Assembly: GCA_041917655.1 (NCBI GenBank)
Contig: JAYRXC010000003.1
Coordinates: 70,264-134,263 of the forward strand
Direction of reading: 5' to 3'
Source: Ignavibacteria bacterium
GTDB taxonomy: Bacteria; Bacteroidota; Ignavibacteria; Tepidaquicellales; OLB5
Length of the DNA: 64,000 nt
Numbering within the stretch: position 1 is the first letter of the stretch; every line of letters starts with the position of its first letter. Positions 8,473 through 17,955 of this stretch are shown in pieces. Made by a program: the position numbers and the translations under genes. The notes beneath the pieces were generated by a model that ran no database searches, was not told the DNA's origin, and saw only the letters and a program-made list of their open reading frames with translations.

Positions 8473-11073
8473 ATGGCTGAAGCCCAGACACCTTTGATGC
8501 GGCAGTATTCGCAGATCAAGGCTAAGTACCCTGATACTGTGCTGCTGTTTCGTATGGGTGATTTTTTCGAAACATTCGATACAGATGCGCATATTGCATC
8601 GAAAGTACTGGGAATAACTCTTACCAAACGTTCTAACGGCTCTGCATCCGAAGTTGCGCTTGCGGGATTCCCGCACCATGCCATAGATAACTACCTGCCA
8701 AAGCTCGTCAAAGCCGGCTATAAAGTGGCTGTTTGTGAACAAATGGAGGACCCCAAGCTTGCCAAAGGCATTGTTAAAAGGGATGTAGTTGAGGTAGTAA
8801 CATCCGGCCTTACATTTTCGGATAAGCTTCTTGACCATAAGAGCAATAACTATATCGCATGTGTATTTTCCCGTGAAGAAAAATGCGGCTTTGCGTTTTG
8901 CGATATTTCTACCGGCGAGTTTTTCACCTGCGAAATTCCGTTCCGCCATGTTAAGGAACAGCTTGAGCTGATAAATCCAGCGGAGATAATCATATCCAAA
9001 CCGCAGAAACAGCTTTTTGCGGGTGTTATCGATATGGAACCGAGTCCGCTTGTACAGAACCGGCTAACCGTAACACGGCTTGATGAATGGATATTCAGCC
9101 ATGATTACTGCAACGAACTTCTTCTTTCCCAGTTCAAAACCAAATCACTCAAAGGTTTCGGTATCGATGAATTCCCCCTTGCTATAATTGCAGCCGGCGG
9201 AATTCTAAGCTATGTGAACGAAACCCAGAAAGGCAACCTTTCGCATATCAATAAGATCGCTTATTACGATACAAGTGACTATATAATACTCGATAACTCA
9301 ACAAAACGAAACCTTGAGATAATCTCTTCCATGGCCGGCGGCAGCCGCGAAGGAACACTGATCTCTATCCTCGACAGAACACAGACAGCAATGGGCGCCA
9401 GGCTGCTGAAGAACTGGATATCCCGACCGCTGAAAAAGCTGGCACAGATACAAAAGAGGCAGGAGTGTGTAACCGAGTTTTATGAAAACAAACCCCTTAG
9501 CGTAAATCTCGCTGCCGCATTGAAAAATATCGGAGACCTTGAAAGGCTGATCTCAAAAATTGCGACAGCCCGCGCAGTTGCCCGTGATTTGATCAATCTG
9601 AAGTACTCGCTTAAGAATCTAGCCGAAGCAAAACTCGAACTGAACAAGGCTGAGTGTAAAACCCTGAAGGATATTAACAGTAACATTAAGCAGCTTGACG
9701 AGCTTGTTAAAATAATCGATGAATCTATCAATGAAGAGAACTCCGTACACATGGAAAGCAAGGTCATCATCAAGCCGGGCTACAACAAGGAGCTTGATGA
9801 GCTGCGCAATATTCTCAACTCAGGCGAAGCATGGATGGAGAATTACCAGCGCAAGGAACGCGAGCGCACTAAGATAAATTCGCTGAAGGTAAGCTATAAC
9901 AGGGTATTCGGTTACTACATAGAAATATCCAAGGCTAACCTTGTGAAGGCTGATGCGATAGAAGGATATATTCGCAAGCAAACACTAGTAAACGCGGAGC
10001 GTTTTATCACACAGGAGCTTAAAGAATATGAAGAAAAGATTCTGACTGCCAATGAGAAGATCGCTGCACTTGAATCAAAGCTGTTTGCAGACGTAAGGCT
10101 GCAGGTTGTGGAGTATGCCAATGATATCCAGATGAATGCAGCTATGATTGGCATTATTGATGTTATGCAGGGTTTTGCAGAAATTGCCCGCCAATATAAA
10201 TATACCCGTCCTGTGCTGAGTGACGCCGACAGTATTGAGATCACCGAAGGCAGGCACCCGGTTATTGAGCAGCTTCTGCCCGCGGGTGAAAAATATGTGC
10301 CAAATGATACGTACCTCGACCCGGCTGATACTCAAGTCATAATTATTACCGGTCCCAACATGAGCGGTAAATCTTCTTATCTTAGGCAGGTTGGATTAAT
10401 AGTTTTGCTGGCGCAGATCGGCTCTTACGTTCCTGCAAAAAAAGCTTCCATCGGGCTGTGCGACAGGATATTCACCCGTGTTGGCGCTATGGATAATATA
10501 GCAAGGGGCGAAAGTACATTCCTGGTTGAAATGCAGGAATCGGCCAATATATTGAACAACCTTACACCCAAAAGCCTTGTTCTGCTTGATGAAGTCGGAC
10601 GCGGTACAAGCACTTATGACGGTATCTCAATAGCGTGGGCTATAACGGAGTTCATTCATGAAAATCCGGCCGCAAAAGCAAAAACGCTTTTTGCCACACA
10701 TTATCATGAGCTGAACGCGCTTGCAAGTCTGTACGCCAGGATAAAAAATTCAAGGGTCGAAGTAAAAGAGGTGGGCGATAAGATAATTTTCCTGCATAAG
10801 ATAAATGACGGCACTGCCGATCACAGCTTTGGAATCCATGTTGCGCAGATGGCAGGTCTGCCGGATATTGTAACTAAACGCGCAAAAGAAATTCTTGCAA
10901 ATCTCGAAAAACGCGAGGAACGCTCCCGCCGCAAAGATGAATTCCAGATCAACCTGTTCGAATATAAAGATAACGAGCTTAAGGATATACTGGATAAGAT
11001 CAATCTGGATAACATGACACCGCTGGAAGCCCTGAACAAGCTCCAGGAACTTAAAAAGCTCATCACAGATTGA
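8473..11073 (+). CDS. mutS: DNA mismatch repair protein MutS
   Basis: N-terminal TPLMRQY..IK..YPD..LLFRMGDFFE. Walker A GPNMSGKSSYLRQ. Also has DEVGRGTSTYDG and a length of 866 aa. Confidence 0.95.
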   Translation: MAEAQTPLMRQYSQIKAKYPDTVLLFRMGDFFETFDTDAHIASKVLGITLTKRSNGSASEVALAGFPHHAIDNYLPKLVKAGYKVAVCEQMEDPKLAKGIVKRDVVEVVTSGLTFSDKLLDHKSNNYIACVFSREEKCGFAFCDISTGEFFTCEIPFRHVKEQLELINPAEIIISKPQKQLFAGVIDMEPSPLVQNRLTVTRLDEWIFSHDYCNELLLSQFKTKSLKGFGIDEFPLAIIAAGGILSYVNETQKGNLSHINKIAYYDTSDYIILDNSTKRNLEIISSMAGGSREGTLISILDRTQTAMGARLLKNWISRPLKKLAQIQKRQECVTEFYENKPLSVNLAAALKNIGDLERLISKIATARAVARDLINLKYSLKNLAEAKLELNKAECKTLKDINSNIKQLDELVKIIDESINEENSVHMESKVIIKPGYNKELDELRNILNSGEAWMENYQRKERERTKINSLKVSYNRVFGYYIEISKANLVKADAIEGYIRKQTLVNAERFITQELKEYEEKILTANEKIAALESKLFADVRLQVVEYANDIQMNAAMIGIIDVMQGFAEIARQYKYTRPVLSDADSIEITEGRHPVIEQLLPAGEKYVPNDTYLDPADTQVIIITGPNMSGKSSYLRQVGLIVLLAQIGSYVPAKKASIGLCDRIFTRVGAMDNIARGESTFLVEMQESANILNNLTPKSLVLLDEVGRGTSTYDGISIAWAITEFIHENPAAKAKTLFATHYHELNALASLYARIKNSRVEVKEVGDKIIFLHKINDGTADHSFGIHVAQMAGLPDIVTKRAKEILANLEKREERSRRKDEFQINLFEYKDNELKDILDKINLDNMTPLEALNKLQELKKLITD

Positions 11074-11081
11074 ACTGATTT

Positions 11082-11522
11082 ATGGATTCCGCTGATGACA
11101 AATCCAATCGTTACAAGTACTCTGACCTCACCGGCAAGATCATTGGGGCAGCAATGAAAGTGCACTCAACATTGGGAAATGGTTTTCCGGAAATCATTTA
11201 TCAAAGAAGCCTTGCCATTGAACTTGAAAAGTCAGGAATTCAATTCCACAGGGAAATTCAGCAAGATGTATTTTATGATGATGTAAAAGTAGGTACAAGA
11301 ATTGCCGACTTCTTGATTGAAGGAAAAATTCTGGTGGAGCTAAAAGCATTAAGCGAGATCAATGAAGCTCATTACTCGCAGATTCTGAATTATTTGAAAG
11401 CTTTTAAACTGGAAATCGGTTTGTTGATAAATTTCGGTTCAAATAGCCTTCAATTCAAAAGATTGATAAATAGTAAAAGAGAACAATCTGTGAAATCACT
11501 CAATCAGATTAATCAGCGATGA
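11082..11522 (+). CDS. GxxExxY family protein (PD-(D/E)XK nuclease-like fold)
   Basis: GNGFPEIIY matches the GxxExxY signature. Also has D..IEGKILVELK and LINFG blocks. Confidence 0.8.
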   Translation: MDSADDKSNRYKYSDLTGKIIGAAMKVHSTLGNGFPEIIYQRSLAIELEKSGIQFHREIQQDVFYDDVKVGTRIADFLIEGKILVELKALSEINEAHYSQILNYLKAFKLEIGLLINFGSNSLQFKRLINSKREQSVKSLNQINQR

Positions 11523-11968
11523 CGCAGCATGAAATATGGATGCAATACGCCTTTAAGGAAGCCGAGAAGGCGTACGCTAAGGAAGAAATACCTATCGGCG
11601 CAGTGGTTGTTTTTGATAACCGCATAATAGGCAAAGGGCATAACCAGGTTGAAACCCTGCGCGATCCAACCGCCCATGCGGAAATAATAGCGCTCACCTC
11701 AGCGGCGGAGTATCTTTCTTCGAAGGTACTGCTTGGATGTACTATGTACGTCACACTGGAGCCGTGCTCCATGTGTGCCGGGGCGATCGTTCTGGCGAAG
11801 CTGGAGGCATTGTTTTTCGGCGCTTATGATAACAAATCCGGTGCATGCGGCAGCGTGCTGAACATTACAAACAATAAAGCCCTTAACCACCAGTTAAGTG
11901 TCACTGGCGGTATTATGGATGACAGGTGCGGAGAATTGATAAGAAGCTTTTTTGATGTGAAAAGATAA
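11519..11968 (+). CDS. tadA: tRNA-specific adenosine deaminase
   Basis: CDA zinc motifs HAEIIAL and PCSMCAGAI. The start overlaps the upstream stop as ATGA. Confidence 0.9.
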   Translation: MTQHEIWMQYAFKEAEKAYAKEEIPIGAVVVFDNRIIGKGHNQVETLRDPTAHAEIIALTSAAEYLSSKVLLGCTMYVTLEPCSMCAGAIVLAKLEALFFGAYDNKSGACGSVLNITNNKALNHQLSVTGGIMDDRCGELIRSFFDVKR

Positions 11969-11977
11969 GGTTTAGAA

Positions 11978-13375
11978 TTGCTTACAACTTCAGGAAATTT
12001 AAACAGGCAGATCATCAGGCTGGCATGGCCGGTATTCTTCCAGAATCTTGGCCGAAGCCTTGCTGTAGCGATACTTGATTCATACTGGATCGGCAAAATA
12101 GGGAGCGAACATCTTGCTGCGTTGGCAGTAGGCACATTCCTTTCATGGGGAGCGTTTGCTCTTGGTGAGCTTGTACCGATTGGCACCAATGCACTTGTTT
12201 CACAATCAGTTGGTGCTAAAGATGAGGATGCCGCATGCCGGGTAAGCACACTTAACCTGATAAACTCGGTGATCTGGGGTGTAATCATAGCCGCTGTTAT
12301 GATACCGCTGCTGCCTGTATTGTATGGATTCACAAATCTTGATACACCTAAGGCAATCCTTGCTAATGAATACCTGTTCCCAATTTTGGTTCTGCTTCCT
12401 GCTATAATACTTTTCGAATCCGGCAGTGCGATCTTCCGCGGTCATGGCAACACAAAAACACCTTTCCGCCTGTTGCTTGTGGTTTTTGCTTTGAAAATAG
12501 CCCTCTCCCCCCTTTTGATCTTCACCTTCAATTTCGGTATTGGCGGCGCATCAGCTGCAACTATGATATCTTACGGCAGCGTGTTTGTGATACAGCTTGT
12601 TTTGCTTAAGCGGCGTGGATTCATAGGTTCGGTGAAGAAAAAATTCACCGCCTTGATAACTGATATTAAGTACAACTGGAAGATCACAAAGGAAACCATA
12701 AAGATCGGTCTTCCGCTATCGCTGGAAGGCCTGGCATTCTCTTTCATTTATATATTTGTGAGCAGGTATGTTGCGGATTTCGGTACAACGGGTCTGGCAG
12801 CTCTGGGCATAGGCCACCGGTCAGAGGCTATTCCTTACCAGGTCGGCGAAGCATTCGCTGTAACCGCTTCGATTGTGGTGGGGCAAAACATCGGCGCGGG
12901 AAATTATGACCGCGCAAACAAGGGCGCATGGCGCGTACTGGTTTTATCATGGATACCTATGGCAGTGTATGGAATAATCCTGTTTTTCTTTCCTGCCCAA
13001 ATCGCCGGGATATTTACTTCAGACCAGGCGGTAATAGAAACTGCGAAAGTGTATAATATGATAGCGGCGTTCAGCATATTTTTCGCGATGAGCGAACAGA
13101 TATTCTCCGGCGCATTCGCAGGTGCGGGCAATTCATTGCCGCCGCTTGCGATCTACCTGCCGGTGACTGCGCTGCGTATTCCCCTTGCCGCCATACTCGC
13201 TCCCATTTATGGCATGAACGGTATATGGATAGCCATATTTGCAACCTCTATGACAAAAGGAGTTTTGATAGCTTTTTGGTGGCGTCTTGGCAGATGGAAG
13301 AACAGAAAATTTGTTTTAAGCAAACAGCCTGAAGAACCGGTTGAATCACCTATAGAGAAATTTGATATACATTAA
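11978..13375 (+). CDS. MATE family efflux transporter
   Basis: About 12 predicted TM segments, 465 aa, with a typical N-terminal ...LAWPVFFQNL... block. TTG start. Confidence 0.85.
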   Translation: MLTTSGNLNRQIIRLAWPVFFQNLGRSLAVAILDSYWIGKIGSEHLAALAVGTFLSWGAFALGELVPIGTNALVSQSVGAKDEDAACRVSTLNLINSVIWGVIIAAVMIPLLPVLYGFTNLDTPKAILANEYLFPILVLLPAIILFESGSAIFRGHGNTKTPFRLLLVVFALKIALSPLLIFTFNFGIGGASAATMISYGSVFVIQLVLLKRRGFIGSVKKKFTALITDIKYNWKITKETIKIGLPLSLEGLAFSFIYIFVSRYVADFGTTGLAALGIGHRSEAIPYQVGEAFAVTASIVVGQNIGAGNYDRANKGAWRVLVLSWIPMAVYGIILFFFPAQIAGIFTSDQAVIETAKVYNMIAAFSIFFAMSEQIFSGAFAGAGNSLPPLAIYLPVTALRIPLAAILAPIYGMNGIWIAIFATSMTKGVLIAFWWRLGRWKNRKFVLSKQPEEPVESPIEKFDIH

Positions 13376-13568
13376 CACCATTTCATCCCAGAACATGCCA
13401 AAATCTCCTTGCTTTACCAAATTTTCCAACCTCTCAACACCATTTGCAATTTAAATCTAAAATATTTATCTTTGCCTAACAAACGTTAGTATTTCAATCG
13501 TTTTGTTTATTTTTGTCAGATTATTGCAAAATTTACTATTTCCCACAACGGGAATGACAACCAAATAA

Positions 13569-14159
13569 ATGGAAACAGCACAGTTATCACGTAAAGAACA
13601 GATCGTTATTGCCTCGGCGAAACTATTCAGAGAAAAAGGATTTGAAGCAGCATCTATGCGGGATATTGCACGAATGCTCGGGATTGAAGCAGCCAGCCTC
13701 TACAGCCACATCAAATCCAAAGATGAACTGCTGGAAATAATCTGCTTCCAGATGGCAGACCGCCTGCTAAAAGCAATTGACGAAGTGAATGATATCTATT
13801 TTAATGCGGAAGAAAAGCTGCGTATGGCTATAAGCAATCACGTTAAGATCGTTACGGATGACCTCGACGCCTCGTCCGTTTTCCTGCGTGAATGGCGGCA
13901 TCTTAAACCGGAAAAACTGAAAGAGTTCATTCCGCTTCGCAACAGGTACGAAGATGGTTTTACACAGATACTCGTAAACGGTGAAAATGAAAATGTATTT
14001 GAGGCATCTGATAAAAAATTCGCAGTGCTCACAATACTCTCTGCTGTTAACTGGATCACAGAATGGTACCAACCTGACGGCAGGAAATCACCCGGCGAAA
14101 TTGCAGGGCACTTATGCGATTTTATCCTAACCGGCCTGAAGGTTAAAACACCGGCTTAA
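13569..14159 (+). CDS. TetR/AcrR family transcriptional regulator (candidate PaaR-type regulator of the adjacent paa genes)
   Basis: N-terminal HTH block A..LF.EKGFEAASMRDIARMLGIEAASLYSHIKSKDELL. It sits directly upstream of paaA. Confidence 0.85.
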   Translation: METAQLSRKEQIVIASAKLFREKGFEAASMRDIARMLGIEAASLYSHIKSKDELLEIICFQMADRLLKAIDEVNDIYFNAEEKLRMAISNHVKIVTDDLDASSVFLREWRHLKPEKLKEFIPLRNRYEDGFTQILVNGENENVFEASDKKFAVLTILSAVNWITEWYQPDGRKSPGEIAGHLCDFILTGLKVKTPA

Positions 14160-14249
14160 GCAGGTAATTTTAGTGCAGCAAATCAGAAGATAAAATTTAT
14201 ATAAATTAACTTAACGCGGAGTTCTAAAACACCGCGGCAGGAACATAAA

Positions 14250-15239
14250 ATGTACGGAAACGCACAGGTAGATCCAAAAGAAAAAGCAACCAGCCTTACT
14301 GAAGGCGAAGACCCGATTTTACTCGCAGAGTTTGAAGCAAGAGTGAGTGCAGGAGAAAAAGTTGAACCTAAGGACTGGATGCCGGCAGCTTACCGCAAAC
14401 AGCTTATCCGAATGATAGAGCAGCATGCTCATTCAGAAATTATAGGGGCATTGCCCGAAGGTACATGGATCACACGCGCACCGGGATTTCGCAGGAAACT
14501 TGCGCTGATGGCAAAAGTGCAGGATGAAGTTGGTCACGCGCAGCTTCTATACAGCGCTGCCGAAACACTGGGTAAAACACGCGAGGATATGATAAACGAT
14601 CTTATCAACGGGAAATCCAAGTATTCCAATGTATTCAACTATCCCGCTATGACCTGGGCTGATACTGCTATTATCGCATGGCTTATCGATGCAGGCGCGA
14701 TCATTAACCAGGTAACCAATTCAAAAGGATCATACGGTCCCTATTGCCGCGCACTTGAAAGAATCTGCAGCGAAGAGTCTTTTCACCTGAAATACGGACA
14801 TGATAATGTTGTGTATCTTGCAACAGGAACCCCGCAGCAGAGGGAAATGGTACAGGACGCGCTTAACAGGTGGTGGACACCCATAATGCATTTCCATGGC
14901 CCGCCGGATAAAATTTCACAGCACACTGAAGTACTTATGAGGTGGAAGGTAAAAATGGCATCAAATGACGATATGCGCCATAAGTTCCTTGAAGAATATG
15001 TGCCTAAGATATGGGACCTTGGGCTCACTATTCCGGACCCGAATTTGAGGAAGAATCCGGATACCGGAGTGTGGGAATATACTGAGCCGGACTGGGAGGA
15101 ATTCAAAAGGGTTATCAACGGCGATGGGCCATGCAACAAAGAGCGCCTGCAGGTAAGAAGGTGGGCGGAAGAAAAAGGCGCATGGGTAAGAAAAGCTCTG
15201 TTGAAGGCAGAAACTAAATATACAGTTCCGCTAGCGTAA
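14250..15239 (+). CDS. paaA: 1,2-phenylacetyl-CoA epoxidase, catalytic subunit A
   Basis: Di-iron ferritin-like motifs (EQHAHSEI, QDEVGHAQLL, EESFHLKYG), a length of 329 aa and the paaABCD context. Confidence 0.9.
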   Translation: MYGNAQVDPKEKATSLTEGEDPILLAEFEARVSAGEKVEPKDWMPAAYRKQLIRMIEQHAHSEIIGALPEGTWITRAPGFRRKLALMAKVQDEVGHAQLLYSAAETLGKTREDMINDLINGKSKYSNVFNYPAMTWADTAIIAWLIDAGAIINQVTNSKGSYGPYCRALERICSEESFHLKYGHDNVVYLATGTPQQREMVQDALNRWWTPIMHFHGPPDKISQHTEVLMRWKVKMASNDDMRHKFLEEYVPKIWDLGLTIPDPNLRKNPDTGVWEYTEPDWEEFKRVINGDGPCNKERLQVRRWAEEKGAWVRKALLKAETKYTVPLA

Positions 15240-15250
15240 AGGAGAAATTA

Positions 15251-15664
15251 ATGAGTTCTATTGATCCAAGAGTTAACCGTCTTGAACTTCCCGAAAACGA
15301 AGACGGGAAAAAGATTCTTGAAAAACTTGAACAGTGGGAAACCTACGAGGTGTTCCACCAGAAAAAACGCGGTGAACAGCACATTCACGTAGGTATAGTT
15401 CACGCTGTGAATCCTGAAATGGCAATTGTTCTTGCCAAAGAACAGTACACCCGCCGCAGGCAGACAACAAACCTTTGGGTGGTAAGAACCGCGGATGTTA
15501 CAGCAACATCATATGATGACGCGGACATGTTTGAAACTACTCCCGAAAAAACTTACCGTGAAGCAAGCGATTATTATTGTATGGACAGAATACGCAAATA
15601 CCAGCAGGAGCATGGAATTAAAGACAGGAAAGAAGACAGAAGAAAAGTAAAGGAGGCCGAATAA
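15251..15664 (+). CDS. paaB: 1,2-phenylacetyl-CoA epoxidase subunit B, with N- and C-terminal extensions
   Basis: Core block WETYEVF...GEQHIHVGIVHA..PEMA...A...Y.RR....LWVV. Lies between paaA and paaC. Confidence 0.8.
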   Translation: MSSIDPRVNRLELPENEDGKKILEKLEQWETYEVFHQKKRGEQHIHVGIVHAVNPEMAIVLAKEQYTRRRQTTNLWVVRTADVTATSYDDADMFETTPEKTYREASDYYCMDRIRKYQQEHGIKDRKEDRRKVKEAE

Positions 15665-15667
15665 CCG

Positions 15668-16438
15668 ATGGTTTTCAAAGAAAGTGAGCTGAAAGCAGTA
15701 AAAGAATTTTTGTATAAGATTGCTGATGACCAGTTAATAATCGGGCACCGCAACAGCGAGTGGACCGGGCTCGGTCCGCTTGTGGAAGAAGATATTGCAT
15801 TCTCTTCGATAGCACAGGATAAGATCGGGCAGGCACAGCACATTTATGAAATTTTGCATAGTCTTGGTGAAAAAGATGCGGATACGATCGCCTTCACCCG
15901 TGATGCGTCGCTTTTCAAATGCTGCCATTTGACTGAATACCCTATCGGTGAGTATGACTTCAGCCTGGTGCGGAATTTCTTTTTCAATCACGCCGAGCTT
16001 ATCAGGTTTGAAATGCTTGCCGCATCATCACTTGATGATCTTGCAAAGCTTGCAAAGAAATACCGGGGCGAAATAAAATATCATGTAATGCACTCGGATA
16101 CCTGGATCAAACAGCTTGGCAAAGCCAGCGAAGAGAGCCATAACAGGATGCAGTCCGCTGTGAATAACACGTTCAATCTGGCGCTGGGTATTTTTGAAGA
16201 AAGCGAATATTCTGAAACACTTAGGACACTGGCCGTTTTTGATGGAGAAAAAGAGCTTCAAAGCCGCTGGCTTGAAACAATTTTACCGATATTGGAAAAC
16301 TCATCGCTCAAGCTGCCAGATACTGCCACCTGGAAGCCGGCTTACGGCGGACGAAAAGGTCAGCATACTGAATACCTTCAGCCGCTTATCCACGAAATGG
16401 GCGCAGTCTTCAGGCTTGACCCTAAAGCTGAGTGGTAA
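15668..16438 (+). CDS. paaC: 1,2-phenylacetyl-CoA epoxidase subunit C
   Basis: N-terminal LADD.LI.GHRNSEWTG.GP..EEDIAF.SIAQD..GQA block. Position in the cluster fits. Confidence 0.8.
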   Translation: MVFKESELKAVKEFLYKIADDQLIIGHRNSEWTGLGPLVEEDIAFSSIAQDKIGQAQHIYEILHSLGEKDADTIAFTRDASLFKCCHLTEYPIGEYDFSLVRNFFFNHAELIRFEMLAASSLDDLAKLAKKYRGEIKYHVMHSDTWIKQLGKASEESHNRMQSAVNNTFNLALGIFEESEYSETLRTLAVFDGEKELQSRWLETILPILENSSLKLPDTATWKPAYGGRKGQHTEYLQPLIHEMGAVFRLDPKAEW

Positions 16439-16571
16439 ATGGTTTCAGGTCGCAGGTTTCAAGTTACAGGTTACAAGTTATCTCGCCGGCGGGATTTCAA
16501 TCAGTTTTCTTAACTGATTTCAACAGGTTGCAGGTTAGAAAACCGGAACTTTGAATTGCAGGAAGTTTGAA

Positions 16572-17072
16572 ATGAGCACTGATCTAAAAATATCGAAAGA
16601 AGATGTATTGGATGCCCTGCAGGAAGTTAAAGATCCTGAGATACCTACTATATCCGTAGTTGATCTTGGAATCATTTCGGAAGTAAATGTAAGCGAGGAT
16701 AATTTTGTATCGGTTGTAATGACACCCACTTTTTCAGGATGCCCTGCTTTAAAGTTCATGGAAAACATGGTAAAAGAGCAGATCAAAAAAATGCCCGTAA
16801 GTGGAGTGGAAGTTAAGACAACTTTTGATAAGCCATGGAATACTGATATGATCACAGCTAAAGGACTTGAAGGCCTCAAGAAACACGGACTGGCCCCCCC
16901 GTTAAGGCACAACGGGCTGGTACAAATTGAGATTCTAGATAAAGTGACTTGTCCACATTGCGGAAGCAAAAACACCACACTCAAATCACCATTTGGTCCC
17001 ACACTATGCAGGTCACTGCACTACTGCAACGAGTGCCTTAACGCATTCGAGCAGTTCAAACCGGTAGATTAA
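16572..17072 (+). CDS. paaD: Phenylacetate-CoA oxygenase subunit PaaD (DUF59 domain plus C-terminal zinc ribbon)
   Basis: L.EV.DPEIPTISVVDLGII, MTPTFSGCPA and CPHCGS...YCNEC. I prefer the ATG at 16572 over the track's TTG at 16551. Confidence 0.85.
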   Translation: MSTDLKISKEDVLDALQEVKDPEIPTISVVDLGIISEVNVSEDNFVSVVMTPTFSGCPALKFMENMVKEQIKKMPVSGVEVKTTFDKPWNTDMITAKGLEGLKKHGLAPPLRHNGLVQIEILDKVTCPHCGSKNTTLKSPFGPTLCRSLHYCNECLNAFEQFKPVD

Positions 17073-17193
17073 TACAACTATTGTAGTAGATTTTCTGGCG
17101 TTCTAAAAATAGCCCGTTAAACAGACTATCAAAGCCAACATTGGACATATTTCGAAATAATATCTTTTTTTGTTTTTTGAAGATTGTCGTGTA

Positions 17194-17668
17194 GAGACGA
17201 CCCGGTGGGTAGTCTCCTGTCCAGTTTATTGGCAGCAAGCAAAGCAATTTTTGTGCCGAAAATGACAGTCAAGGCTAAATGTTACTTAATCTTGTGATTA
17301 TCTCCCCGTTGTTGGTGTTTTCACCAACAACCCTCTCCTGCTTCTATTTTTTTCCATAGTATTTGCTGATACGATTTGTAAATCCGGTCGCCTGACCGGA
17401 CTTCAGAGCGCGCTTTGCATGCTCTTGACTTCCGCAATGTGAAAGTTCACATGCACTCGAATACGGCGATTCGAGCTACATTTTGCATCCCCAACGGAAC
17501 GGAATATATTAGCGAAGGGTGCAGCCCATTGGAGGATAACTCAGCCCACGACTTCAGTCGTGGGGGTTAACTCAACACCTAAGCTCTACTAACCGTTTCA
17601 AGGGTTTAAAACCACTGAAGTGGTTCATCACATTTCATCGTTCATGTTCCCACGGATAAATCCGTGGG
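17194..17668. repeat. Array of short perfect stem-loops in an ORF-free spacer
   Basis: Hairpins read directly at these positions:
- 17194-17216: 10 bp with 1 mismatch
- 17308-17331: 10 bp, loop TTTT
- 17383-17400: 7 bp, loop GCCT
- 17437-17452
- 17456-17475: 7 bp
- 17545-17564: 8 bp, loop TTCA
- 17610-17625: 6 bp, loop TGAA
- 17649-17668: 8 bp, loop TAAA. Confidence 0.6.
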
Positions 17669-17760
17669 CTAAAAAATAATTATGTTTACAACAACTATTT
17701 CTTGTAATTTAAAGATATGGCTTTGAAAACACGTTCTTTCCAGTGTCACGGCTTCAGCAG

Positions 17761-17955
17761 GACTCTGGAAAAATGAAGACATAGCAGCTTATAGAAAGAT
17801 AAATTTCATGACCTGCGTCATTGTTTAAGGAATAGGGTAGTAGTATATTTGTCTAAATCAATTAATTCGGAAATGGGCTTCCTTAACACTTTTACAGCTT
17901 GTTTCAGAAATGAAGTCCCTTTCATTAATAACATGCTATATATATCAAAAATAAC
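17761..17955 (+). repeat. Duplicated 5' cassette, copy 1 (promoter/leader/first codons)
   Basis: Nearly identical to 19241-19437. By eye, the differences are a few substitutions plus a 2-nt indel around 17901-17911. Confidence 0.9.
17821..17851 (+). promoter_or_regulatory. Candidate promoter inside cassette copy 1 (TTG...TATATTTG), with an ATGAC-N4-GTCAT palindrome just upstream
   Basis: TATATTTG at 17844-17851 and TTG at 17821-17823. The palindrome is at 17808-17821. Confidence 0.4.

Noticed and set aside
17056-17247. 63-aa minus-strand ORF in the spacer after paaD
   Set aside because: It overlaps the paaD 3' end, and its sequence (..GDYPPGRLYTTI..) is the read-through of hairpin 17194-17216. 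No start context or conservation signal is visible.
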